Positions 1-13,237 of a stretch of DNA of 64,000 bases are shown here, piece after piece. Made by a program: the position numbers and the translations under genes. The first letter of the stretch is position 1; every line of letters begins with the position of its first letter. The stretch is from Octopus bimaculoides (Eukaryota): assembly GCF_001194135.2 (NCBI RefSeq), contig NC_068995.1, positions 12,466,353-12,530,352 on the forward strand, written 5' to 3'. The notes under the pieces were generated by a model that saw nothing but the letters and a program-made list of their open reading frames with translations, did no database searches and was not told where the DNA came from.

Positions 1-242
1 AAATTTTGTGCGATGATTGTGGATGTTGTCCAATTAGTATCTTGTCGTTAATTTCGTTACAGGAATTATTGCAGAACTGTCTACTATCAGATAAGAGTGT
101 TGTTTTTTTTTTTACTGAGCTGCATGATGCAAAGCTCATTGGCATACTTTCTATGAAAAATTTGTTCGGAACAAAATTAGAAAACAAAGTCAATATGGCA
201 TCGAAAGTGCGAGATGCGAAAAAAATATATATATTTTGTCAG

Positions 243-309
243 GTGATTCAGGAAGTTGAACGAAGGAGTATCTTCTAATTCGCTGGAAAAATGGCGGAGA
301 AAGACTCCT
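243..309 (+). CDS. Candidate exon containing a start codon (ATG at 291; MAEKDS, phase-1 donor)
   Basis: ttttgtcAG acceptor at 241-242; aaaaATGGCG context at 287-296; donor CCT|GTGAGT at 310. Only 6 codons, no recognisable family. Confidence 0.35.
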
Positions 310-532
310 GTGAGTTTTCCTGCTTATTGATAAAACTCATGGCGACATGTAGAGGCTAAACCACGGCTAAGAAGAACAACAGCACCGTCAAAGATGGCGC
401 CTTTAAACAGCAACATACAAACATCATCGCACTTAATATTGCTGGTGGCGACGAGAGACATATGACTAAATTCAGTAAGAAGAGCAGCTTGAAGCGCATT
501 GACTGACAGAAATGGCTAGCCACCGCCATCTT
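287..532. promoter_or_regulatory. Cluster of YY1-like ATGGCG motifs in a locally CpG-richer segment
   Basis: AAAATGGCGG at 288, CATGGCGAC at 338, AAGATGGCGC at 391, CCGCCATCTT at 523 (reverse complement AAGATGGCGG). Confidence 0.3.
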
Positions 533-939
533 ACCTTGCGGCACAATCACAATTGCCAGTCACATTATCAACGCCAGCTCCAACAGCATCGGTGGCAGCA
601 ATGTTGTAAGAGCAATAATAATAACTACAACGATACAAACACATTCATGTATCGCCGCCACAATACCAACCCTAACATATCGCTGTCATTATCTCCTCCG
701 CCACTTTACTACATGATTCGTTATCGTCATTTTTGATTTCCTTTGGAAAAGAAGAACGTCAAGATATCTGAATATTATACGACACTTGAAGTCATATTGT
801 TATTATTTCACTTCACATTTATATTTTCAGAATATCGTTGTGGTTAACCGTCACTCCTTAAGAAATTCCTGTTTTCTTTAGATTTAGTTTCGTTTCTCAT
901 TTCTGCTTCAATTATATTTATCTTCTTCTTCTCTATGTT

Positions 940-969
940 GATTTATTGTTGTTGTTGTTGTTATTATTA

Positions 970-1030
<61 letters not shown>
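940..1030. repeat. (TTG)n/(TTA)n microsatellite; representative of dozens of simple repeats in the window
   Basis: Other examples: (GATA)n 2441-2487, 50519-50589; (TG)n 10430-10537; (TC)n 13146-13240; (GTA)n 23858-23920; (GAA)n 41810-41885; (AAT)n 47710-47772, 60290-60395; (TATC)n 56260-56400. Confidence 0.95.
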
Positions 1031-1033
<3 letters not shown>

Positions 1034-2441
1034 CTTCTTTTTAGCTTTTGGTTTTGCTGTAGTTGTATTTTGATTTTGAATCCGTTTAAATTTTCTTGTT
1101 TTTTTATCGTTTGGCGTCTATTTTGGGCTTTGTGTGTGTGTNNNNNNNNNNNNNNNNNNNNNNNNNNNNNNNNNNNNNNNNNNNNNNNNNNNNNNNNNNN
1201 NNNNNNNNNNNNNNNNNNNNNNNNNNNNNNNNNNNNNNNNNNNNNNNNNNNNNNNNNNNNNNNNNNNNNNNNNNNNNNNNNNNNNNNNNNNNNNNNNNNN
1301 NNNNNNNNNNNNNNNNNNNNNNNNNNNNNNNNNNNNNNNNNNNNNNNNNNNNNNNNNNNNNNNNNNNNNNNNNNNNNNNNNNNNNNNNNNNNNNNNNNNN
1401 NNNNNNNNNNNNNNNNNNNNNNNNNNNNNNNNNNNNNNNNNNNNNNNNNNNNNNNNNNNNNNNNNNNNNNNNNNNNNNNNNNNNNNNNNNNNNNNNNNNN
1501 NNNNNNNNNNNNNNNNNNNNNNNNNNNNNNNNNNNNNNNNNNNNNNNNNNNNNNNNNNNNNNNNNNNNNNNNNNNNNNNNNNNNNNNNNNNNNNNNNNNN
1601 NNNNNNNNNNNNNNNNNNNNNNNNNNNNNNNNNNNNNNNNNNNNNNNNNNNNNNNNNNNNNNNNNNNNNNNNNNNNNNNNNNNNNNNNNNNNNNNNNNNN
1701 NNNNNNNNNNNNNNNNNNNNNNNNNNNNNNNNNNNNNNNNNNNNNNNNNNNNNNNNNNNNNNNNNNNNNNNNNNNNNNNNNNNNNNNNNNNNNNNNNNNN
1801 NNNNNNNNNNNNNNNNNNNNNNNNNNNNNNNNNNNNNNNNNNNNNNNNNNNNNNNNNNNNNNNNNNNNNNNNNNNNNNNNNNNNNNNNNNNNNNNNNNNN
1901 NNNNNNNNNNNNNNNNNNNNNNNNNNNNNNNNNNNNNNNNNNNNNNNNNNNNNNNNNNNNNNNNNNNNTATACATGCTTTCAAAATAGTGCATATCTTGT
2001 AATGTTCTTCAGCAAACTGCATTCTTTTCATTAATACAAACTAAACAAGCGTTTTGTTTCATTTTTACGAGGATACATCTTCCGTCTTATTCATCGTAAT
2101 TTAACTTGAATTTATTGTGTCTTGCTTAGAGAAGGATTTCGTTGTTCATTGTCTCATTTATTGAAATTTTATTGAATTATTCAACTGTCTCGTTCATTAC
2201 GTTACAATATTCAAAAGCATCCTGTCGTAAATATAATTAGAGAACGCCACCTTCACAACACATTTTCATATATATGAATGTATGCATGCATATATGTATG
2301 TATATATATGTTTGTGGTTGTGTGTGTGTGAGATTGCATCTTTGTGTTTAAGTGTGTAACTGTGTGTGTGTGTATATATATATATATGCACACACGTATA
2401 TATATGTATGAATATATGTATGCATGCATATATATATCTAT

Positions 2442-2487
<46 letters not shown>

Positions 2488-3469
2488 NNNNNNNNNNATG
2501 TATATATATATTTCTGTCTCTGTATGTATTTATGTATGTATATATGCTTGCATGTATGTATGTATGTGTGCACAAATATGCCTGGTGGTGAAGTAATAGA
2601 TCCAATTCTATTAGGTGACAATTACCAGCTGTCCAATTATTGAAGCAGCATTTAAGTAATATATATAATGTTAAATGGTGCGTTCTTTGATAGGAGAGCT
2701 CTTAATGCTTTCTTTTCATCAATCTATTATCTATTCATATATATATTTATTTACTATGATACCTTTTCCCTCAGTATCACAGCAACACATACGTACTGTT
2801 TCTTGCTTTTTTCGACATTATTTTCTGTCTGAAGCATACGCTTTACAGCAAAGAAAGTTCTTACTAACACTGTTTTGATCCTAGGGCGAAGATTTTATTC
2901 AATGTTTAGCCAGTAATTAGCCCACTAAATGTTACAGGGTTAAGGCAAAATCTGTCATGCATTTATTTCATCACGTTTTCTCATGAAGTATTATAATGCA
3001 TGTGTGGGCAGTTAACTAAAACAGACATACTGAGCAGAGACAATTAAATCCAGAAACACAAACTCTGATCATACAAAATTTTATGAAGAAATTATCATTT
3101 CCCTTGTATTAACTCTTCGCTCGGTAACGCTAACATCGATGGCAGCGGGTTTTGAACTGGCCAATGAATGGTTTACTGCATTTCACCTATGACGTGAAGG
3201 AGGAGAGAGTGTTATCTGTATGGCTGGATGTACAAATTTAATCGGATTTTTGTCACTGATGGTAAAACCATATACTATCTACTTATATCTCACTACTTCT
3301 GCCTTCGTACACACCGTATAATTTTTTAATTCACATTACTTGATTCACCAGAGGAACACCTCGCCAAAAACATTACTAAAGCCTGAATGACAGAATAAAC
3401 CACAGTCTGACAAACACAGACACATAAACATACACACACACACATAGGAGTATATACATATATACGACG

Positions 3470-3600
3470 TTTCCGTCTACCAAATCCACTCAGAAGGCTT
3501 TGGTCGGCCCGAGGCTATAGTAGAAAACACTTTCCGAAGATGCCACGCAGTGGGACTGAACCCGGAACCATGTTGTTGGTAAGCAACCTACTTACCACAC
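3470..3600 (-). mobile_element. SINE family B (tRNA head plus CORE-like box), 5' part
   Basis: Reverse complement of the head seen at 36448 and 55600-55710 (ccacgcagtgggactgaacccggaaccatg). Confidence 0.85.
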
Positions 3601-3927
3601 ACCTGTTTGGTAAGTTTTATCACAGTGTTTAGTGAAAAAATAAATCAGAAGTATACAACATAGCTGTATCGTATTTTACTGATCTGTGTATGCAACATGG
3701 CTGTACCGTATTTAACTAACTTGAGAACAGTGGAACTCAAAGACAACTGTTTGTGGTTGAAGTATTTGAATATAATTAATACGAGCACAGAAGTTATTAG
3801 ACCGTGAGGAAGAGTGTTCCAGAACATTTATTAGCCCAACCCACCTTTGATGACAAATTCAATCGGCAAGCATTCTAATGGCATTCAGAGACAAATGAAG
3901 TTTAATTTAATTTGTTTTTTAAAATGA

Positions 3928-4318
3928 TTATGGCTGTGTGGTTAAGAAGCTCAATTTACAACCAAGCGGTACGTGTTCAGTGTCATTGCGTGGCACCTTG
4001 GGAAAGTGTCTTCCACTATGTGTATTTGATAGGCGAAAACTGTGTGGAACCCGCTGAGTATATGTGTATGTATGTGTGAGTCAATGTGACTGTACACGTT
4101 TTGAGTTGGTACTTGGCACCCTCCACCACTAAACAACCGGTGTTGTTTTATTTACGTTCCCGCAAACTAGCTGCTCAGCTAATGTGACCGATTGGAAGCG
4201 TACAAGGTTGGCAATAAAAATAAGTACTAGGATTGATTTGTCTAATTAAAACCTTTGATGGTGATACCCATGCATGGTCATGGTTCAATGATTGAAATAA
4301 ATTAAAGATATAAGATAG
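3928..4318 (+). mobile_element. SINE family B, diverged near-full-length copy
   Basis: tatggctgtgtggttaagaagc head, gtggcaccttgggaaagtgtctt box, internal TG tract, tail ending gcatggtcatggttcaatgattgaaataaattaaaga. Confidence 0.8.
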
Positions 4319-4529
4319 AAAAAAAAAACAGATACCGGATATAGTGAAAAATTCGTGTAAAGAGAAGAAATTTCAATCACGAAAAAGTTTATAGTTAATA
4401 AACAATCAACGCCATTAGTTCATGCCTTCATGTGGTTAGCACCAGGCATGGTTTTACACATACAAGAGAACAAAATTGATAACTCTGTTGTCACGGCTTA
4501 TGTTTCACTGTGAACGCACTGTAGTGCAC

Positions 4530-4748
4530 TAACGATCGCGAGATCGTGGTTTCCATTCGCGAGCCAAGTGGTGCGTTATGTTCTTCAGCAAAACATTTCG
4601 TTTCACATTACTCCAATCCGCTCAATTCTAAATGATTAACTCTGCGATAGATTCATGCCCTATTCAGGGTGGGGATAATGTTGTGATCTTAGTCATTTAT
4701 ACGTCTAGACAACCGAGTAATCTACCCTATGAGTCCCAGGACTCGAGA
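4530..4748 (+). mobile_element. SINE family E (tRNA head, shared central box, tail type 1)
   Basis: Head resembles 40000-40080; tail ccctatgagtcccaggac matches the reverse complement of 11020-11100. Confidence 0.6.
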
Positions 4749-4859
4749 TTGTAATGTTTAAAGGACATACTATTATTATTTATTGTATTTCATTGTTTTT
4801 TTTTTATAGTGATTAATTACGATTATTCGTTTAATATATACGACAGCTGATCTCATGTT

Positions 4860-5780
4860 TTTGTCATGAACCATTCTTCATTCCATTCTGTACCTCACTT
4901 TATTGTTTATTGTTTTGTTTTTATATGCAGCATTATAGAAATCAGCTTCGTTGAGATAAACTTTTGGAAACGGAATTATTGATTCTAGAGTAATTTCTAC
5001 ATGTTATTTGATGCTATGGATTTAGCTGTTTTAAGCAAAGTTCTGTTAGGGAAAAGAATCAGGAAACATCGTTGCTTACTTCGTTACTTTGTAGATCCAA
5101 CAGCCCATCTTTAAAATTTTCGGTATCACATAAGTTCGATAAGAATAGTTACCGGATCCAGCCATCAAGAGTTTCCTTCATATGTGCTTCTCAAACTTAT
5201 CCTCAAGCTGTGACAGATGATTACCAATTCCTGCTTTCGACGATGCATCGATTTCCGGTTACTCTCGAATCCTTCCTACAAGCACGGAAAATCAAAGGGA
5301 ATATTCTTTATCAGTTTACCATTCCAAATTGAGACCATTTTCTTAAACGCCTTAATCCTACCAAGTCACTGCAACCTGTTTGTTTAGAATTTCTGTATTC
5401 CTAATTTCTGTTTATTGAAATACCCGAATACATCTGACAAAAAGAAATTCATATCATACCATTTTTTCTTCCAAATTGTTTCTGTTCTTGCGGAAGAAAA
5501 CAGCAATTTTCTGAGACATGATAATAACCTTTTGTCAGCGTACAGCAGCATGGGAAAACAGCAGTACTTGATTTCCAACTCTTAATTTCTTGCAGAAACA
5601 CTTGATATTCCAGTGAATGAGAGCTTTGCTTCGCCCGAAGATTTAAAAACTCTACTTATGACCACATGAAGTGTTGCGGCTAAAGTCTAAGCAACAATTT
5701 TATGTTGACCATTAACACAGTGGTAAGTATTTAACGTTTGGTATACTGTTTTCAACAAACCTGCAAAACAGAAGATGTAA
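4860..5780 (-). mobile_element. Decayed hAT transposase C-terminal half (SPIN/Charlie/GTF2IRD2-like)
   Basis: Minus-strand translation gives WYDMNFFLSDVFGYFNKQKLGIQKF*TNRLQ*LGRIKAFKKMVSIWNGKLIKNIPFDFPCL, then GWIR*LFL and GLLDLQSNEV, colinear with the hAT pattern W..LAYLADIF..LN.LNL.LQG..TNI....KIKAF..KL.LW, WIRNPF and L.DLQSD; stops and frameshifts present. Confidence 0.75.
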
Positions 5781-5895
5781 CCAATCATGGCAAAGCTCCC
5801 AGGAGGTTTCACTGCGATTTATAATCAAGATATAAAGTACCAGCAACTTTAAAAGTGATTAGGAAGTGGTTCGCCAATCAGAAACTCTTTCTTCG

Positions 5896-6127
5896 GTGCG
5901 AGCTGACAGGAACGTTAGCACGCCGGGCGAAATGCTTAAAAGGTATTTCGTCTGCCGTTACGTTCTGAGTTCAAATTCCGCCGAGGTCGACTTTGTCTTT
6001 CATCCTTTCGGGGTCGATAAATAAAGTACCAGTTACGCACTGGGGTCGATGTAATCGACTTAATCCGTTTGTCTGTCCTTGTCTGTCCCCTCTATGTTTA
6101 GCCCCTTGTGGGCAATAAAGTAATAAG
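5896..6127 (+). mobile_element. SINE family A, young full-length copy
   Basis: Near-identical to 48385-48618; B-box GAGTTCAAATTCC; flanked by a 14-bp TSD with one mismatch (aaactctttcttcg 5882-5895, aaattctttcttcg 6128-6141). Confidence 0.92.
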
Positions 6128-6589
6128 AAATTCTTTCTTCGAGGCATCATCATGCATCTATCGGGTAAATAGCGTTAATTTCCTCATGGATGTGACATTA
6201 GTCAATTCATTAACTTGAAAACTAATGAAGAATTAGAGGTGGTGAGATTTCGTGTAACTCGTGGGCAACGACACTCGCACTCATTTCAGCAACTCAACTC
6301 ACGGTTCTATCCATCTAAAAGAACGCAGTTTGGAAATCCACCGGAGGACTTTTCCTTGATGCAAATATATATATATCTTCAAGCAAAAAATTCCAGAATT
6401 GATGTTGGTGACGAACGGAATTCAAGACGTGGAAGATTTCGAATTTTGCTTATCATATCGAGCACGTGTGATTTGTAATCCTTCAATACTACAATCCGTG
6501 TCTGGATATTTGCTTTCTAAAAAGCTTCTAGAGTGTATTTAAGTTTTAAATTTGAACTGAACGTTATGAAATTGCAAAACGTTTACTGC

Positions 6590-6870
6590 AATACTATGCT
6601 CGATCAGGGCCCCCAAAGCTGTTTTGACAGATGTCAAAACTATACTCGCCCGATTCAGTTTCTAAATTTGATAGCTTTTATACGGTTTGACTCGTATTGC
6701 CACCAATAGGGACTTGGGGTCACTGTAACAGTCAGACCCATTATAACTAGTTATAGCACCCAGACAAATGAATACAATGTGTAACTGAGAGAAGTTGCAA
6801 TGATTTTTTCTCAATTTAAAGATAAAGATAGGAGGTTTTTATTGCAATACAAGAACGAATTGTATCTGGC
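6590..6870 (+). mobile_element. CR1/L2-type LINE reverse transcriptase C-terminal relic
   Basis: RDLGVTV and IFSQFKDKDRRFLLQYKNEL resemble the CR1/L2 motifs KDLGV and I.R.F.YKD....L.LYK.L; heavily degenerate. Confidence 0.45.
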
Positions 6871-6973
6871 CGTGGGTAAGGGAGGAAGACACACATACAA
6901 GCAAGGGTATAAGTTGAAGAGTGGTGATGGTAGCGGTGGTGGCGGTGGCGTCATACTAGCAGTGAGAGAGGAG

Positions 6974-7015
<42 letters not shown>

Positions 7016-7876
7016 TTGAAAAGTGAAAATGAAAACTATTGTGACGTGTCCGACGTATAATAAATTTTCAGTAAAATTTGTTGCCGTTACTTTCGGTACC
7101 GATTTCAAATCCCCTCTAGGTCGTGTTGCCCATGGTTTTTCCGAGATAGATAAAATAACTGAAATAAAACACAAGCGAAATAATGAGGTCGATGGANNNN
7201 NNNNNNNNNNNNNNNNNNNNNNNNNNNNNNNNNNNNNNNNNNNNNNNNNNNNNNNNNNNNNNNNNNNNNNNNNNNNNNNNNNNNNNNNNNNNNNNNNNNN
7301 NNNNNNNNNNNNNNNNNNNNNNNNNNNNNNNNNNNNNNNNNNNNNNNNNNNNNNNNNNNNNNNNNNNNNNNNNNNNNNNNNNNNNNNNNNNNNNNNNNNN
7401 NNNNNNNNNNNNNNNNNNNNNNNNNNNNNNNNNNNNNNNNNNNNNNNNNNNNNNNNNNNNNNNNNNNNNNNNNNNNNNNNNNNNNNNNNNNNNNNNNNNN
7501 NNNNNNNNNNNNNNNNNNNNNNNNNNNNNNNNNNNNNNNNNNNNNNNNNNNNNNNNNNNNNNNNNNNNNNNNNNNNNNNNNNNNNNNNNNNNNNNNNNNN
7601 NNNNNNNNNNNNNNNNNNNNNNNNNNNNNNNNNNNNNNNNNNNNNNNNNNNNNNNNTGACATACTATTTAATTTGTTGGACGCAAGTTATTTTGAATATC
7701 TCTCATGTATATGTGTGTATCTTTGTGCCTTTGGATATATATATATATATATATAAACAATAAATTAAATAGAGAGATACAAATGACAATCCAATAGTTT
7801 ATTTATATTATAATATACCATAATATACTATGAATATAATATAAGATAATATTAAAAGTTCTTTAAAAAAACAAAA

Positions 7877-7957
7877 GAGCAGACAATTTGTTTCGACTTA
7901 TAAGCATTATTTGATTTATAAACAATTCAATTCACTTATATAAGTCTCATCAGAGCT
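7877..7957 (-). ncRNA. Minimal type-I hammerhead ribozyme, intact core, GUC site
   Basis: Minus strand: AGCU CUGAUGA GACUUAUA...UAUAAGUC GAAAC AAAUU GUC UGCU. 8-bp perfect stem II with G10.1-C11.1; stem III ACAA-A-UUGU; stem I 3 bp plus a U.U pair. Confidence 0.8.
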
Positions 7958-8859
7958 ATGGTTTAAAGCTAGACGAAATTCCGTGTGAAAGGACGGCTGG
8001 ATTGTAAAAAAATTAATTCAAATGTTTATGTATTATGAGCGTGAGCGTTAACTTTTCAACTACATAATTACAATTTAAAAAATTATAACGGACAAAATAA
8101 TTTCTATCTACATATCTATTTCTAACACACGCACATGCAAACACACATACACACACACGCGTGCACACTCACATACACACACACAAGGGCGCACATGCGG
8201 ATGAAATGAACAGTTTATTATATCAGAACCTAGCGCTTGACTGATCCTTATGTGATTCGACTCAAGGAAAGTGAAAAGCGATTTGGACCCCGGCTGTGTT
8301 TGAACTCAGTTCGTACAGAAAAGAAACTAAAAAGTGTAAGTACTATTTACCGATTCAATCCGGCACCGCACCTTACAGATATGGCACTCCACTATCTTCA
8401 ATTATTTTCCTAATAATATAAATAATATGCTCGGTTCGGAATTTATATTTTATATGAACATGGCAAGATCTTTTACCATAAGCTGTAGAGATCAAGTAAT
8501 ATTCTGGTTTCGTGTGAATTAATTTTCTGCTTAATACTACAATATGTATAATATGTATCCATCTGAAAGAAGTAAGTGGCCGGTCGGTCAGCCAAATTCT
8601 TCAAGAGTTTCCATTATTCATATCAACAGAACAAAGCTTTCGAACAAAAATCCAATAATAGACTTTCATAAAACATATTTATACATAAATACATAGATAC
8701 ATACAAATATACATATAAATCCATACGAGCATATATTCATATTTATGTAGATATGCATTACACATGTACATATGCTCAAACATACATACATACATATACA
8801 AATATATATATAAACATATATCTATGTGCTTGTATGTCTGTATCGATATATATATAATA

Positions 8860-8893
<34 letters not shown>

Positions 8894-9591
8894 NNNNNNN
8901 NNNNNNNNNNNNNNNNNNNNNNNNNNNNNNNNNNNNNNNNNNNNNNNNNNNNNNNNNNNNNNNNNNNNNNNNNNNNNNNNNNNNNNNNNNNNNNNNNNNN
9001 NNNNNNNNNNNNNNNNNNNNNNNNNNNNNNNNNNNNNNNNNNNNNNNNNNNNNNNNNNNNNNNNNNNNNNNNNNNNNNNNNNNNNNNNNNNNNNNNNNNN
9101 NNNNNNNNNNNNNNNNNNNNNNNNNNNNNNNNNNNNNNNNNNNNNNNNNNNNNNNNNNNNNNNNNNNNNNNNNNNNNNNNNNNNNNNNNNNNNNNNNNNN
9201 NNNNNNNNNNNNNNNNNNNNNNNNNTATATATGCCTATGTATTTATATATTTTTTAAGACCAATCTGCGCCCTTATCACAGCACTAGTTCATTTACATGT
9301 CACTTGATTATTTTCGTCTACGTAGTAAATTATTCTCGCTTTACGTAACCATAATCCATGTGTAAAACGTGTAACTGATGAATTCCTATATGCATTTCTA
9401 CATAAAAATATTATTGAAACAAAATGAAAAACAAAAACCAAGGACAAAATTGAAGAACTGATATAAATAATAGACTAAGCAATGCAATAAGGAGCTTCAT
9501 ATTTCTGGACATATGTATATTAATTCTGATCATTTTTCTGTTCTTCTTCCCCCCCGCCCCCACCGTCAATCTTTCTTTCTCTTTCTTGTAG

Positions 9592-9623
9592 ATGAAATAC
9601 GTCTTACGACTTCGTTTAGGAGT
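9592..9623 (+). CDS. Weak candidate micro-exon (phase 1 to 0, EIRLTTSFRS)
   Basis: Long pyrimidine tract ctttctttctctttcttgtAG and donor AGT|GTATGT; too short to identify. Confidence 0.15.
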
Positions 9624-10181
9624 GTATGTTGGTGAAAAATATTTAATATCAGTTGATGTTTCTCGACTTAGAATTTAATATTGCCAATGGAACGCTCCAT
9701 AGACTTTTGTCGCGAGATAAATATAATAAGTCATGCCTGGAAGCAATGTTTTAACGACTGAATACTTACAATTTATTAGAAAGTTTGTCGCAAAAATTCA
9801 CCTCAAAATTGCATGGATGGATTTTTGCTTTTTCTTCTTTCTCCACGTAGTTTTTAACATCCTTTTTTCGTTTTTCTTTCTTTTTTTTTCTTTCAATAAA
9901 GAAAAGGTGAAGTGTCGAAAATATATTGTAGATATATATTTTAGAAAAACGACATAAACACAACAAAAATTAATATAGATTTTGATTTGACTGTTGTACT
10001 TTGCGGTGGATACAAAATATTGAATTATTTGTATAGCCAGTACCGAAAGGAAAGGAAAAAAAACGAAAGCGACGCAGATGGCCGAATTGATAATATGTCA
10101 AACTAGTGACAGAGGGGTCAATGGATCGTACTTCACGTCAGCTCTATTCAGAAAATAATCTTTCTTATGTACATGCATAAA

Positions 10182-10217
<36 letters not shown>

Positions 10218-10431
10218 TATATGTACGTATGTATGTATGTATGTATGTATGTATATGTGTATATATAGTATAAATTATGTACTACACTTGACTGTATATC
10301 ATAACTAGTGTTACTACTAGCTATAGTAGTAACCAAACCTTTATACTGAAAGCTAAGAGAATGATAATAATGTATGCGGACCTCTAAATTCAACAGTAGC
10401 AATCATACATTATATACTATACATGTTTCTG

Positions 10432-10540
<109 letters not shown>

Positions 10541-11019
10541 TCTTGTATTTTGAATTATTTGCAATATTCTTGTAAGGAAGGAAGTAGTTTCTAACAAAGA
10601 TACAAAGCAACATCTTTCACATGTATATAACACAGCAATGTTAGATTTTAGACTTGAGTAAAGTTTTGCATACTTTTACTGTTCAGCTTATAGATTGTTT
10701 TTGTTATTTGCCTGTTAAGTGCAGTGCGTATGTATGTATGTTTCTTTGCTGCTTTTAATCATTTAAATTCTTTCTCTGAAGAAGAAGCTGGTTTCTAGCC
10801 AGGACACAAAGCTCCATCTTTGGAATGTAGATAACGAAAACAATATTCACTAGGTAAGCGGAAATGTGATTTGGTGATGTCCGTGTCTTTCCCAACGATA
10901 TTCTAATAACTCAAGTATGCCTGGCTTCTACCAATAGAAAGGAATTGAAACTACGCCAAGTTTTCTTCAGTATTAATTTCATGTGTCGGTTAGACTCACT
11001 GACATTACTTGAGTCCTAG

Positions 11020-11250
11020 GACTAATAAGGCTGGTTACCCGGTTTCCAAGGCATACGGGCGCCGGGGATCAGAGCACTTCCCAATGAATGGTACGCTAGT
11101 CTGTCACAAGTTTACTCCTTTACTTTTGTAGACTGAAGCAACATGAAATAAAATAATTTGCTCAAGAACAGAACGCACCGTACAATCCGGGAATCGAAAA
11201 CACGACCCGGGGACCGTGAATGTAACACTGTACCCACTAGGCCACGCAGC
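11020..11250 (-). mobile_element. SINE family E with tail type 1
   Basis: Minus strand: GTGGCCTAGTGG A-box, TTCGATTCCCGG B-box, central ttcttgagcaaattattttatttcatgttgcttcagtc box, tail gactagcgtaccattc...ggaaaccgggtaaccagcc. Confidence 0.75.
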
Positions 11251-11639
11251 TTTGTAGTTAAAGAAACTCATGATTTATAATTAGCAGGCAAGGAGGAAAA
11301 ATATGATATTGTGGTGTTTGTGTGTGTCTTTCCCCAAAATATCTAAAGACTGAATGTTACGGCTAGATTCAAGTAATGAAATAGAGAGTGAAGCCGTCTC
11401 AATCTCAAGCTTTTCTGGTGCTATCTCTAGCTCTGCGGTGCGGTTGTTGCTTCACTATGAGGTATAATGAAAGTGGTCAGCTCTCAACCCAATTCGCATC
11501 AAGTCTATAATCTTCGGATGAAACTAAACTTCATATAAATGAAATATAAAACAGGGGACAACAGACAACAAAAGGAGATTGATAATATAATGAAAATAAG
11601 AGAGTGTGGTGTATAAGCCTTTCTCAGTTATTTCCTACT

Positions 11640-12000
11640 AAGACAAATAGATTGGTGTCGTCTGGAAATCAACGTAGAGTTGCAACCAAATGCCACTAGG
11701 TTAACCTATGACTAACATTGTCATGCTTGTCGAGACACAAAATTTATGTTAAGCAAAAGCAGTACAAGCTTTTGAATTGGCCACACTGTATGACTAATAC
11801 ATTTGAACCAATAAGATATATTCATTGCAGTCTCCTGACATTTTAAAAAGAGCAGTTAAATTGCTATCAAACCATACACAGCGCCACGTCTTTGGCAAAC
11901 GTACGTATTAGGTCATGCACTCCAGACTCCATCATGACTAGAACGCTCTTGATCATATGACTCTATGACTGCTTGTTTAGCTTCAGCCCAACTGTAATTG
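11640..12000 (-). mobile_element. Old CR1/L2-like RT relic
   Basis: Minus-strand fragments SNLTALFKMSGD (cf. ANVTPIFKKGD) and DKHDNVSHR (cf. KAFDKVPH); multiple frameshifts. Confidence 0.3.
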
Positions 12001-13144
12001 CGTAGATTATAATCAAAGACATTTCAATCTTGACCATTCTTTCTTTTCCATTTCTTCCTTATTGTTCAATGTGCCCTTCCTCCTTTAAGAGAGTAAACTG
12101 TGATTTGAAGCAATATGGCCGCAACTATTGCCAGAATAATCTCGAACACGGTGACGTCTTCACTGATGTAAATGACAAGAAAGGCAAAGGCTTAAAACCG
12201 TCTGGACTGGAACTCCAAATATTTACGTTCATAACGGTATTTTACCATACTTTCCTACCTATTCTGTCAGTCATTACTCCCTCTTCTCACCTTACATTCC
12301 CAACATAACTGTAATTAGATATCCCGAATTGAAAGTAAACTTATTATTTTTATAATCCTAATTGTAATGACATCTCCATGTTATTATTAGTTGTAATTAG
12401 CATGTCACACACTATTATGATATCGTCACAAAATTAAGAGCTTCTTAATGCTATTTTGGAGTATTAATTGCAGTTACACTTTATTGTAGCAATTTCCAAT
12501 TAGCATCTGACATTCGGCGATTGCAATTACTATTTTATGCGCCGCACGATAGTTATTATTTCCTGTCTGGTGACAATTATAGTTCCTTGTAGATATATAT
12601 ATATATACATATATATATATTGGTAGCTATCGATTTTGTCGTTGCTGGCTGCAATATGTATAACCGATTAATTCCGATAGCAGACTGTATAATGTAGACA
12701 TATGTGTGCGCGTGCGAATATATATACNNNNNNNNNNNNNNNNNNNNNNNNNNNNNNNNNNNNNNNNNNNNNNNNNNNNNNNNNNNNNNNNNNNNNNNNN
12801 NNNNNNNNNNNNNNNNNNNNNNNNNNNNNNNNNNNNNNNNNNNNNNNNNNNNNNNNNNNNNNNATATATATATATGTATATATATATATATGCATATATA
12901 TACACACACACATGTATAAATATATGTGTGTGCATATATATTTATATATGCACACAGTTACGTACATACTTGCTTATATATACATATCTAAATACATATG
13001 TGTATGAACCTGCATATATATATTCCGTCCTAATTATACAGACACATGCATATGCGTGTATGTATGTATGTATGTAATCATATATGCATATATACGTGTG
13101 TATTCATATACATGTATATATATGCATACGTATGCACACATACA

Positions 13145-13237
<93 letters not shown>

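Noticed and set aside
10770-10805. CTGAAGA followed by GCT..AGC pairing; also a WD40-looking peptide LVSSQDTKLHLWNV
   Set aside because: No GAAA or NUH follows; the peptide frame ends in TAG at the donor, so neither reading holds.
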